A DNA stretch of 38,460 nt from Parasitella parasitica NRRL 2501 (Eukaryota; Fungi; Mucoromycota). Where the stretch lies: assembly GCA_025201805.1 (NCBI GenBank), contig MU619413.1:5820-44279 (forward strand), in the 5' to 3' direction. Below are positions 22,733 to 33,723 of the stretch, in pieces (within the stretch, counting starts at the first letter, position 1; every line of letters begins with the position of its first letter). The position numbers and the translations under genes were made by a program. The notes beneath the pieces are model-generated. The model was not told where the DNA came from and searched no databases. It was given only the letters and a program-made list of their open reading frames with translations.

Positions 22733-25700
22733 CTACCATGCCACTTTTGCAATGACGCTGTTTGGAAAAGTGCGTGCAAGCAGTTTACGAATTTCGTCCA
22801 CGACTAGAATGCCCAAAGCAAGAGGAATGGGAATCAGCCAGTGTTTGATAGGTACAGAATTAGTCAGCAATGTTTGTTGAATCCATGGAACTTCAGTGAC
22901 AATAATTGCTACCACCAGGGAGCACAGCATACCAACAAAGAGCCAAAGATTACGGCGCTTTTGGCTGAAAGGATCGGCTTGAACAATAGACAGCTTCCTG
23001 TTACGAATTGAAAGGATGTTTCCCCATTGTAAGATGACCAGAGTGACGAATGTGACGCACTGGCCAGTGTAACTGATTTGCGTAAACTTTTCAAAAGTAA
23101 GTGGAGCTCCAGTAGAAGGATCATTTCCCCAGGTGGGGTTATTTGGTGTGCCCCAGGGTCCGCTGCTATAGGTGCCAACAAAATCAGACCATCCTAGTCC
23201 TGTTGCAGATTTCATATACGTAAAGAACATGCTCAAAGAGCAGATAGTCTGCATCGACCCCATAAAAATGTAAGATTGCAGATATATTTTCAAGTTGATG
23301 AGATGGTCCGTCTTGGGATTTCGGGGCTTCATCGACAAAAGGTCAAACTCTTCTTGCTCCATGATAAGAGCCAGGCAGGGAAAGAGGTCAGTGAAGCAGC
23401 AGATTGTGATCATCAGAAAGGAACTCAGGGGCAGAGGAGTACCGCAAAAGGCATTGACCAGCACTGGCCAGATTTCAGACCAAGAACCTGCAGGCAAGAG
23501 GTACCCGATGACTTTTTGCAAGTTTTGAAAGACAAGACGGCCAAGGCGAATAGCTTCAGTGATCGAGTCAAATCCCCCCATAAGAACAAGATCAGCCGCC
23601 TCAATAGCAACATCGCTGCCACTCACAACAGCAACACCCACGTCGGCTGCTTTCAAGGCAGGAGCATCGTTGACACCATCACCAGTAACAGCCACAATGT
23701 TGTCTCTCTTTTGCAGCTCCTTGACAATCTTGAGCTTTTGCTCTGGCGTAGTCCTGGAAAACACAATTTCTTGGTATGTGCAAACAGTATTCCACTCAAT
23801 ATCGCCAAATTTTTGCAAATCTGTGCCCGTCAAAAGGAGACTAGAGCTGTCGTCCTGAGCATCTTCACTGAAAGACTTTTCAGGATTAACAATATCGGCA
23901 TATGTGTCAGGGCTCTTTGTGGAAGTGAACACACCAATCTCACGCGCGATGGCGGCAGCAGTAAGCCCAAAATCACCAGTAACCATAAAGAAACGTGAAC
24001 CTGACCGACGACAATCGGCTACTGTTTGCTTGATCTCGGCGCGAGGAGGATCCATAATGCCAACGAGTCCAATAACAGTAAGATCTTGAACAGCGTAGTT
24101 GATGATTTCGTCTTGGAGCTCACTTGATCCCATGCAGCTAGTAGGACTGTAGAAACGGCGACAGAGCACAAGGACACGCTGACCGTTGCTTGCCCATTTT
24201 TCCTGAAGAGCATTGAGGGTATTAGCAACTTCTTTCGTTAACGGGACAATAGCATTGTTTTTGGAAGACAATACAGATGTGCATTTAGGCAGAAGAATAT
24301 CAGGAGCGCCCTTAACAAAGATCAGGTTAGCGTCGTTGCTAGGGCCGTAGATGGTTTCCATAGCTGTGGTACAGTCAACAGCTTGATACATGGTCAACAT
24401 CCACTTGTTTTTGGAGTTGAATGGAATATCAAATGTCCTCCTGAATTGAGAAATGTCCTTTTCAGCATTGCCAAGTTCTGCTGCAAAACGCAAGACGGCA
24501 GAGTCGGTGGCATCGCCATTTACGAGTCGCTCCCGGACAGGTTGATCCATAGTAGACGGATCAAAAGCAGCATCATTACAGAGATACGAGGCCAAATGGA
24601 GCTGCTTGTAAGCTTGGGCCGAGCAGGTAACGAGTGGATCAGCCAAAGCATTTATACAGTCAGTTAAAGTGCATTCAGAGTCGGCAAAGCCTACAGAGGT
24701 AACAAACATCTTGTTTTGAGTGAGGGTGCCTGTCTTGTCAGAGCAGATGACAGTTACACAACCAAGAGTTTCAACAGTGGTAAGAGCCTTTGGTAAGATG
24801 TTGCTTTCTTTCATGCGACGAGCAATCATCATTAATGTCATAGCAACGCCGACTGGCATGCCTTCTGGAATAAAAGCAACAACACAGCCCATCATGTTCA
24901 TGAGGAGGGCAACCACATTCAGGAAGTCAGGGTGCTTGGGATGCAAAAACCTAAATACACGGCTTAGTCAATGATACAGTGGTCTTTTGTCCAAGAAAAA
25001 GGCCACTTACGCCAACCATTCAATGAGCAAAAGCAAGACCAGCGCTATCGTGAGCATGACAATAATTCTTACAAATCTGCTAATTTCCTTTTGAATCAAA
25101 GTTACTTTTTCTTTGGCAGAAGATGTGAGCTTGTTAATTCTACCCATAACTGTATCGTTGCCTATATTATCATGTTATTCTCACATCTAAATATCATAGT
25201 GACGAAAAAAAAAAAAAAAAAAAAAAAATATGGGTACCTGTGAGAATGACAATACCAACACCATTACCATTGACGACATGTGTGCCCATTAACGCAACGT
25301 TTTTGGATTCCAAGATATTTTGGTCCGTGCAGACGGTAGACCCTTCAATAGCTGCGCTTTCGCCTGTAAGGACAGCTCGATCAAATTTGAGGTCGTTAGA
25401 GGCTTGAATGAGGCGAAGGTCAGCAGGTACTTTGTTGCCCAATTTTATGTGCACAACATCACCAACTACGAGCTTGCTAGCAGGTAGACTTGCAACAATG
25501 CCATCACGAAGCACAAAGCATTCGGAAGGAAGCAGATTTAGAATCGATTTCATAACACGAGAAGTAGACCAGTCTTGAAATGCAGAAAAGGACGCTTGAA
25601 GACAAATAACTATAATCTGCAAATACAAGCTTTCAGTAGATGGATCGAATCATACCCTTCAAAATGACTTACAACAAGAATAGCCAGAGCAAGGTTAACA

Positions 25701-26149
25701 ACACTAGGCGTCCCGCCTGGCGTGATGGGTGGAGTACTCAGGGGCATCCAGCACAGAAAAAACGTAATCACCCCGATCCAGAGCACAGAGCAGAAACCAC
25801 CAAAAACGTAACCAAGGATCTTACGTAAATAATTTGGGCGATGTTGAATAAGGACGTTTTCACCGTTCTTTCTTAACCTTGACTCAGAAGCTGCACTATC
25901 AAGACCAGCCGTGTCTGATGTATTGAATCGTAGCCCAAGTTCATGAGACGTAAGCTTGTGGAAATCCATAGCAGCAAAGTACTCTGAGTCATCCATTTCT
26001 TTCTTTCTATCGTGAGGCACTTTGATGGACTCGGTAACCTTCAATGAGAGGGTCCGAAATTTGACTGGGACAGTGGCACCAGTTCCTGAATGCTTGATGT
26101 CGTCTCCAGACAACAATTGGATGTGCCTTTCGCCAGTTTCAGCAGCCAT
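22733..26149 (-). CDS. P-type cation-transporting ATPase, Na+/K+-ATPase-related (probably fungal ACU-type K+/Na+ uptake pump), 4 exons
   Basis: LTGES, IPEGMP, CSDKTGTLTQN, KGAPD, DPPR, MVTGD, VTGDGVNDAPALK. TM5 reads YLLPAGSWSE. Introns 25617-25672, 25162-25237 and 24951-25010. The subfamily call is from memory of motifs and is less certain than the P2 call. Confidence 0.93.
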
Positions 26150-27264
26150 TATTAATATATACGGGTTTATAAGACGGTAGGTGAGTAAATGGCAGAAGAT
26201 GTAAATGAGTGAACCATTATATATATGCTGATCGCTGTATATCGCACAAGATGGACTACATTTAAAAAAAAAAAGGCCTCAATTCGTGTGCCAATCGCTG
26301 GAGCGTTAGTCCTCCATCAAAAAATCATGGATCATAAACTTAATACCACATGTAACAACCTATGGCTTTTAGCAAATATGGCGCAGATCTGGAAAAAAAA
26401 ACCCCCCCTTTCTTATTGGATGATAAGAGAATGGTTACAAAATGCGAAGCTTGTCAATAGAGAAGCGTGTATTAAATGTACAAAGCTTTGATAATGAATC
26501 ATTTACCATGCATCATGCATAGTCGATTACTTGGTTCCAATCATATAACACCAAGTCCGGATCAGAAAAATTAAAGTAGCATGTGTATGAATACATAATT
26601 AAACAAGCATTGTTTTTTGAGGCACATACAAGACAAGTGGCTTTTGTAACACATGCTGGCATATATCGCTCATGCTTCTTCCCAAAAGACAATTCAACGA
26701 GAGCCATTTTAGCGACAGGGTTATAGGTAACCATAGTGTTTATCTACAGCAAGCACGTACAACTGAGGCTCTGGATAATACCTATTCCAAGGACGCGATT
26801 TTTGTGATATTTCATATGGGCATAACGTTTAGATGTTTGAAAATAATAAAAAAAAAAAAATGTCAATGTAAATTAGCCCTAAATAGGTGGTATTTCATTG
26901 CATCATAAAATTTCATCGCGATATGCTATTTACAGTGTGCAAGTAATGCTTGCCTCGTAATCAGAAGCAGCCCCATGTTCAAGTCTAATAATAAATAGGT
27001 GTGATATTCAACAAGCAGCATTTGAGAAGAGAGATAGAATCAATTGCATAGCCTCTAGACGAAATCAATCCACTATTTATTATAGTCATTGTATACACAT
27101 GCTTTGCTGGTATGCGCTTGCTATTTTCGATTTAGGAACAGCTTTATGATGACCCTACATTCAGTGAGAAGGAGTTTGAATATTAGATCTTCGTGCTCAA
27201 TGGTTTCCATAGCTACAATTTTTTTAATTGTAGTGCTCAGGCTCTTCCCCCAATAAAGTGCGAT

Positions 27265-28933
27265 ATGACAGATTACAACAATACCAACAATAGCTATTTT
27301 TCAGGAAATGAATCAAACCCAAGTCTTGCCGAAGAAACAATTAGTAAAAAAAGGCATAAGGTAAACCCGCAGCAGCAGCAGCAGCAGCAACAACAACAAG
27401 TCGTCAACGACAGCTCGGATTTTTTAAACTTTGACTACAATACGATCGTCGATACAACAGCAAACAGTGCGACCATTCCTGAAGATTTCTTCATGTTTGT
27501 TGCAGATAATGCCAATGAGGTCAGTACACAAAGTACTCTTCAATCTTCCAGTTGCGACATTACATCGCCTCAACAGCAACAACAATTGCAGCAACAGCAA
27601 TTGCAGCAACGACCTCAGCAAGCGCAGAACAGACACCTTTCGACACAGCAGCAAACCCCACAGAATTACGACCCTCCAAACCAAGCTGTTCATACAATTG
27701 TTGTCGGAGGCAGGCCTTTTCGTCTTAGTTGGGGATCACTAAAAAGCGATGGGCCCAGCAATTTCTTTCTCGAGTTTTTCAGAAAGAAGAAAGCTAGCAA
27801 AATAATGCACATCGACCGTGATCCAGATACGTTTGAGCTCATTGCACGTCATTTGCGAGGCTACTACATCCAATCGCAAGACGATGTACAGCACCAGTCT
27901 CTGCTTTACGACGCCAACTACTACGGATTGGATCGACTGAAAAAAACGCTTCAAGAGTATTTGTACATCAACGTTGGTGGGAGAGTGTTTAGGCTGCCAT
28001 GGAATTTACTTCAAAGAGGTATTTCACATTCTAAATTTTCACACACAATGCAAATACACTAAAAAACAAACAGACGGCACCCACAACTTTTTTACGGGGC
28101 CTCTGATGCATTCGCTGCTCTCCCCTCATACAGAAGATGGCAATTCACCACCCGTATACATCGACCGAGATCCTGACATTTTTGCAGATATTCTAAATCA
28201 TCTCCGAGGTTACACCATTCATATTAGAGACGAAGTGCACAGAAAAAACTTGCTAAAGGACGCACAGTATTACGTATTTAGGCAGTTGAGCGATAAGCTA
28301 CTTACGGCCCAACAAACTGTAGCAGGATTTGGCGATGGCAATAACTCAGAAGTCTTGCTGCTACTACAAGACATGCGAGTCGTCAACATGCTGCCTTCGC
28401 AAGCTATGGATCAAGGCAAATCATACACGATTCAAGACGTGACATCGGCTCAAGATTGGAGTTTGACTCAGTTACACTACAAGCGCATTGCAGAAGGCCC
28501 GCCTCATGCGTTATTGGTGCAGGTGTCTGATTTATCTATGCAAATCCACAAGACTGCTACTGCCAATATGACGAAACTGCTGTTTGAAATGAATGAGGCA
28601 GATTTGAAAAAGATGAAAAACATGGCACATGTTGCCAAGGCAACGCAAGGTGTGCGAATGGAGATCTATCTTGACCGCCACTGTGCCATCACGATTGATG
28701 ATAATCAAGTGCAGTCATTGCAGGAGTGTATAGACCAAAATTTGATAGAGACAAACTGGGAAACATGCCGGAAGCAGGACCATCAGGAGTGTCAAATGTC
28801 GAGGTTGATCCTGCAAAGGGCTATCTGTGGTGTCCATCTCATTGACTCCATGATAACACTGTGTGCATTAAGATTCGAGTGCATAAGCTCAAAATACAGG
28901 CTTAATCTCAAGAGGCAATTCTTATCAAATTAG
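27265..28933 (+). CDS. Tandem BTB/POZ (KCTD-type) domain protein with a polyQ N-terminus, 2 exons
   Basis: Two repeats of (I/N)VGGRxFRL...NFF...IDRDPDxFxxIxxHLRGY...LLxDAxYY. Intron 28019-28073 joins in frame. Architecture resembles yeast YDR132C/YLR108C. Confidence 0.88.
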
Positions 28934-29107
28934 AATCTTATCTCTACATTACCCTGATTGGACAGTGATAAAAGAGTATTTTTGCTTTTTAAAGACTTTT
29001 TTTTTCTCTCACACTCTCTTATTGAAACCATATAAAAAGAAGCACATTCTTTCAATTGTTTTCTTTCCTAATCTCTTTCACTTTTCAACAAGAAATTTTC
29101 AAGAAAA

Positions 29108-29479
29108 ATGCCTTTCCGCTGCAGATGTGGTAGAACTTTTGAAAAGACTGATTCCTTTGCGTCTCACACCTCTGCCTGTGCTCCGTTCCATCATCGCCGT
29201 ATGTCGGACACTACTCAATTGTCAACAGCAAATCAACAGCTCTCCTTCATCAATACATCCTCGTTTTCAAGAGGTTTCTTGGGCGGCTCTGCTTCACCGC
29301 AAGCGACATCTCCCTCAGACTCCATCGCTACCATGGACAGCACAGGCCCCTCGTCTCATGTTAATGATTTATCAAGCTCTGTGCCAAACAGCTTCTTTAT
29401 GCCGACCGCTCTTTCGCTCCAAAATGCATTCGAAGGTGCTAGAAGAAGATCCATGTCGTATGGCTCATCTCTCAAGTAA
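29108..29479 (+). CDS. Small 123-aa protein with an N-terminal atypical C2HC zinc finger and Ser-rich tail
   Basis: F-x-C-x-C-G-x2-F-x5-F-x2-H-x3-C motif, AAAATG start context, TATAAAAA at 29031 followed by a pyrimidine-rich leader, and AATAAA downstream at about 29652. Confidence 0.75.
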   Translation: MPFRCRCGRTFEKTDSFASHTSACAPFHHRRMSDTTQLSTANQQLSFINTSSFSRGFLGGSASPQATSPSDSIATMDSTGPSSHVNDLSSSVPNSFFMPTALSLQNAFEGARRRSMSYGSSLK

Positions 29480-30089
29480 AAACTCCCCTCTTAAACACAA
29501 AAAAATACCCCCCTCTATTTATCGTAAATTATGTAAATTTTCGTTATATCAAACATCAGCAGCTTTCTTTATTTCTTTCCTGTAAGTAACGCCTTTTTTT
29601 TATTTATATATATATATTTACCGCTTCCTTTTTTCATACACATACATTCAAAATAAAAAAATGTCATTTCAGTTTAAAAAGAAAAAGTCTAATGCATTAT
29701 GCTTGGAGATCAATGGAATTGGGCGCTTTTTATTTGCAATTTTAAGGGGGTGATATGACGTATTTGGTATAAATTTTAACTCGTTATGTTAATTTTTCAG
29801 CTGATTCGTACAAAGCTAAAGCAACAATTAACAACAATCAAATTTGTTTGCTCAGCAAATAAGGTTAGGTGTCTGATAAATACTATTTATGCATAAACTT
29901 GTTTATTTGTATGTGGCAGACAATGTCACGCTACCATTATTGCATGAAAGTGTAATTTATAATTGGCTTGTGAAATTGCTGTTTCGACCTGAAGAACAGA
30001 CCGTTAGAACAAATTAGGAAATGTTAATATACTAATCCAGAATCTCAAAAGAGTTAGAGGTATCTTGATTTTTATGTATGATAGTCAAC

Positions 30090-31030
30090 TTCTGCCGTTT
30101 GATTTTCCTGTTATATCCGATGAAAACCCTAGTTGGCAAGCGCCACAATGCTGTCTCGTAAAATACCCAGATCCAATGCCAACGAACGAATAGAGACCGC
30201 AATTTCATTGGTGCATAAGGAGTTAAGTTTACAATGTCAACATGTATATATATAGTTGACGCAGATAATGGCTGCTACGCATGATTGGACTTGACGAAGA
30301 GTTTTAGATAAGCTTGTAGTGCTTAATAGTCTCGGAATGCTTTAAAGTATTGAATTGAACTTCATTCGAAATCCTCCGTTTGTGGGTGAACCGTATAAGG
30401 CTTGAATAAATTTCCTTCGGTGCGACCATTAAAATGGAGACGGCCAGTATCAAATATATTTCAAAGAGGGTGAGTGGGATGCACTGATAATTTCCACACG
30501 AAGAGCATCCAGTTATGCGGTAGTAAAGGGGGGGCGGTGAGGAGTTCTGCGCGATGCTTGAACTGATTGTGGAGATAACAGCCAAGGATCCGAAATTTAT
30601 GAGACGTACTTTGGCAACAATCTGGTTGTCCTGTCTGCAAAGAGGTCTACTGAATACGGGCCGCAAGTCTATTTGATTTGTTGAAATGGCTGGCTTGATC
30701 ATCCATGGTTTTTTGAAATACTGGTGACTTAACTCGAAATCTGCCAATTTGTTGTCAATGTGTTGGGCTTGTAGCATAACGTTGTTTATCAAGCACCATG
30801 TTCATATTTGAGTTGCTAAAATCATGGGAGGAAGAGAACGAGTGCCACCTTGTTTGTTGACATATGTCATACTGGTTATATTGTTGGTTCGTATCAAAAC
30901 TGTTGTATTACTGAGACTTGGGATGGTCTGTAGAGCCAGATACGTTGTCTTGACAAGGTTAAACATTGTGGAGCGAAAGAGTCAGTGGCCCAGCTCCTTA
31001 TTCTCGCAATCCCGTTTTGTGTGAACGTTT
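30090..31030 (-). mobile_element. Internally deleted DIRS-type retrotransposon remnant (RNase H, downstream methylase-like region, tyrosine recombinase C-terminus)
   Basis: The minus strand gives VLIRTNNITSMTYVNKQGGTRS...WCL...QAQHI...ADFE (DIRS1 RNase H), SVDLFADRTTRLLPKYVS, YWPS, and SIRSLALDLGILRDSIVALAN* (YR C-terminal box). Stops and frameshifts throughout. Confidence 0.85.
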
Positions 31031-31249
31031 GCTGAAAAAGTGAGATAAACAATGGAGAAAAACAAAAAAAAAGATGCGGGGGACGTCAGTCAAATTGGCT
31101 TTACATAGAGATTGTTGTCAGCAATAATGTATACGACCAAAGGAAGAAGTTACAGCTTAAAAGTTATTTTACAGTCTATAAGGGTTTTTTAATGGAGAAT
31201 CTCATTGTGATTATGCCATTATTCTGAGGAAGCTCTAAATTACCCATAA

Positions 31250-32968
31250 TCACTCCGCTTGATTTAGTACTACACTGCAAAATCTATAAATGAATGCTAT
31301 ATTATATTACCAACTTCTTCAAATGATATCTTGGCAGACCATCGTTATAATTTGAAGCCAATAGGAAGTTTGGGTAACGTATTTTCCAACACTGATACCC
31401 GAGCCGATAGAAGCACAAACCATTCCAACGCTTATAAGAGAATGCATAGTTTGTTGGCAGTATGCTGAATCATTAGATGCACCTGACTTTCATCTTTTGC
31501 CTTTCAATGAACGCCAAGCTTTAGTTTATGATAGTGTCAAATCATCTGCTCACCTCGAAAACCTCCAAGAATCCCGCATCTTCTTTGTGTCAGACGAGAA
31601 GGTGATATTGCGATTATTGCTATGGCATTGAGTAAAACTGCTGCATTGTTGCTCAAAGGCGGACGTACTGCTCACACTACCTTTAAGATACCTTTTGAGA
31701 TCACCAACACTAGCATGTGCGACATTTTGCCCCACTCTGACATAGCATCATTTATCCAAAGAGCAAAAATTATTATTTGGGATGAAAATGCTCAATGATC
31801 AGCGTAGACTTAATAGTAACAGTTGATCGCTCATTTCGGGATATAATGAACGTCGATCTCACTTTTGGTAGCCTTTTTATGGTTTTCGCTGGAAATATTT
31901 GTCAGATTCTGCCGATAATCCGTGAAGTCAGCATATCGGCTATTGTTGGGCAGTGCTTGAACAAACCCAGCTTTTGGCCACTGGTAGTCTCAATTCAATT
32001 GTTTTCAAACATGAGAGTTCGACAGGCCCTCCAAATGGACAATCCAGGTCTTGCAAATGAACTTCAACAATTTGCTGATTATCTACTTCAGGTTGGTCTA
32101 TAAGGTCCTGTTCCTACAATTACTATGCCCAGAGACATGCCTTCAGATTGTATCCAAATTCCTTAGGAGATGCTCATATCTCGAAATAATTTGATTAATT
32201 TGATAAAAAGCATACTCTTTGATATTGCCATTGCGGCTAAAAATCTTGCTTACTTTGTTGGGATGGCCATCTTGACTGCCAAAAACAGAGATGTCAAGGT
32301 GATAAACGATATACTCTTGGAGTGCATTAGAGGGCACAAAATGCCGTACATCAGCAGTAAATAAAACCTTCGAAGATGAAACTCATTGAAAATGGGTCTC
32401 TGCCTCCTCATATCCTTGATTTGAAAATTGGTGCTCCAATTATGGCAATTAGAAATACTGATCCTGCGGCTGGCGTCTATAATGGTACGAAATTAATTGT
32501 TAACTCACTGATGAAGAGTATCATCGAAGCAATCATCGCTACTGGGCCCAATGCTGGCAACATTGTTCTTATCCCTAAAATCGAATTCATCTCTCTTGCA
32601 ACTGAAGGCCTCTCACCTCTTGGTTTTCAACGAATCCAGTTTCCCGTAAGACTCGCATTTGCGACGACCATCAACAAGTCGCAAGGGCAAATACTGAATT
32701 CTGTTGGTTAGTACCTGCCAGGCTATTTATTTGGTCATGGTCAACTGTATGTCGCTTTATCACGTGTGAGGATGCCAACTTCTGTCAAAGTAATGATCTC
32801 TGATGATATATCCAAAATAGACAATCATACTGGGTCATATATTCACAACATCGTTTGTCAAGAAGTCTTATACAGTTTTGCATAAAAACTAATGAAAATC
32901 AAATTACAAGCACTTTATTTCAATGGTAAAACAGGCCTGCGGCAGCACGAGCTGTACACCGCTTTAGT
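31250..32968 (+). mobile_element. Helitron 3' remnant: PIF1-like helicase pseudogene with terminal hairpin
   Basis: AALLLKGGRTAHTTFKIP, IIIWDE, QILP, NMRV, LPPHILDLKIGAPIMAIRN, QFPVRLAFATTINKSQGQ, HGQLYVALSRV, NIVxQEVL. Walker A is deleted and there are several stops. Degenerate hairpin at 32931-32955, then TTAG|T at 32964-32968 (a CTAG|T variant). Confidence 0.9.
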
Positions 32969-32971
32969 GAA

Positions 32972-33012
32972 GGGTAAATTTACCGTACCGAAGCGAAGGT
33001 GAAAATTTGCCC
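32972..33012. repeat. Imperfect palindrome GGGTAAATTT-ACC...GGT-GA-AAATTTGCCC with a CGAAGCGAAG loop
   Basis: 10-bp outer stem with one G-T pair plus an inner ACC/GGT pair; abuts the Helitron end. Confidence 0.7.
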
Positions 33013-33159
33013 GAACGTGGCGGTGTGAGACCGTAGAATCAAGGACGCCTGTGAGCAAGTCTTATTGAGTGATTTGTATGGTTTCGCAAACCATTCAAAA
33101 CGTCAAATCTCGAAATGTTATGATAGAATTCCTTTTTAAACTTCTTTAAATATGGGTTC

Positions 33160-33375
33160 CAGAGGAGACATTCTTTTTACACTCCAAGGTTAAGGAGTTA
33201 GAATTCAGTGAAGCTGGAAAGGACACAGTACTTCCTGTTGATGAAAAGTACCTTAATGATGAGTTGTTGAAACTATAAAAGACGCCAAGAGAAGTTTTCT
33301 CTGGCTTTGTGGAAACAAGTTCTTCTCGAATTAGTCAACTCGTTTCTGCGGGGTTTCTTGTAAATGGGTAAGGAG
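33160..33375 (+). pseudogene. Fragment of a second, different PD-(D/E)XK-like repetitive gene family
   Basis: VKELEFSEAGKDTVLPVDEKYLNDELLKL*KTPREV...VSAGFLVNG followed by a GTAAGG donor. The E-x-G(K)...D-x-x-KL...GF spacing parallels the motif order in the gene at 33724-35845. Confidence 0.45.
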
Positions 33376-33723
33376 AATGTAATCTACTTCAAGACCATCA
33401 ATTTTTAGAAAGTCTTTATTCTAAATAAATACGCATGCACTTTTACACATTATATAGAAGAATAACTGGTTTTTTTTTTTTATTTAGTAACTTGAGATGT
33501 GATTGATTATATTAATAAAACAAAAAAATTCAAGTTCGCTGGTTTTTTTTTCATGTGGAATGACTATTGACAATTATGCTTAAATATGGCGATGTAAGAA
33601 GTTTAAATATTATATTGCAATAACAATAATAGTTGATGATTAGCGTGTAATTCATTAATTGTAATAAAAACGAGTTACAGTTGATTGTAGTTGATTTGAT
33701 AATTGCTTAAAAAAACTTGTTGG

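Noticed and set aside
23276-23998. 240-aa ORF antisense to the P-type ATPase, and similar antisense ORFs over other genes
   Set aside because: These are shadow ORFs of a conserved coding strand, with non-ATG starts or no motifs.
27265-28933. BTB gene as a possible marker of the Mucorales sex locus
   Set aside because: The sex-linked BTB gene in Rhizopus has an ankyrin-RCC1-BTB architecture, and no HMG-box, triose-phosphate transporter or RNA helicase gene is present here.
28965-29585. 206-aa ORF overlapping the small zinc-finger gene in another frame
   Set aside because: It has a GTG start and runs through the TATA box, the pyrimidine-rich leader and the 3' UTR; no recognisable motif.
31480-32880. 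PIF1 helicase as a host gene
   Set aside because: It has stops, frameshifts and no Walker A, and it is followed by a Helitron-type hairpin and end motif.
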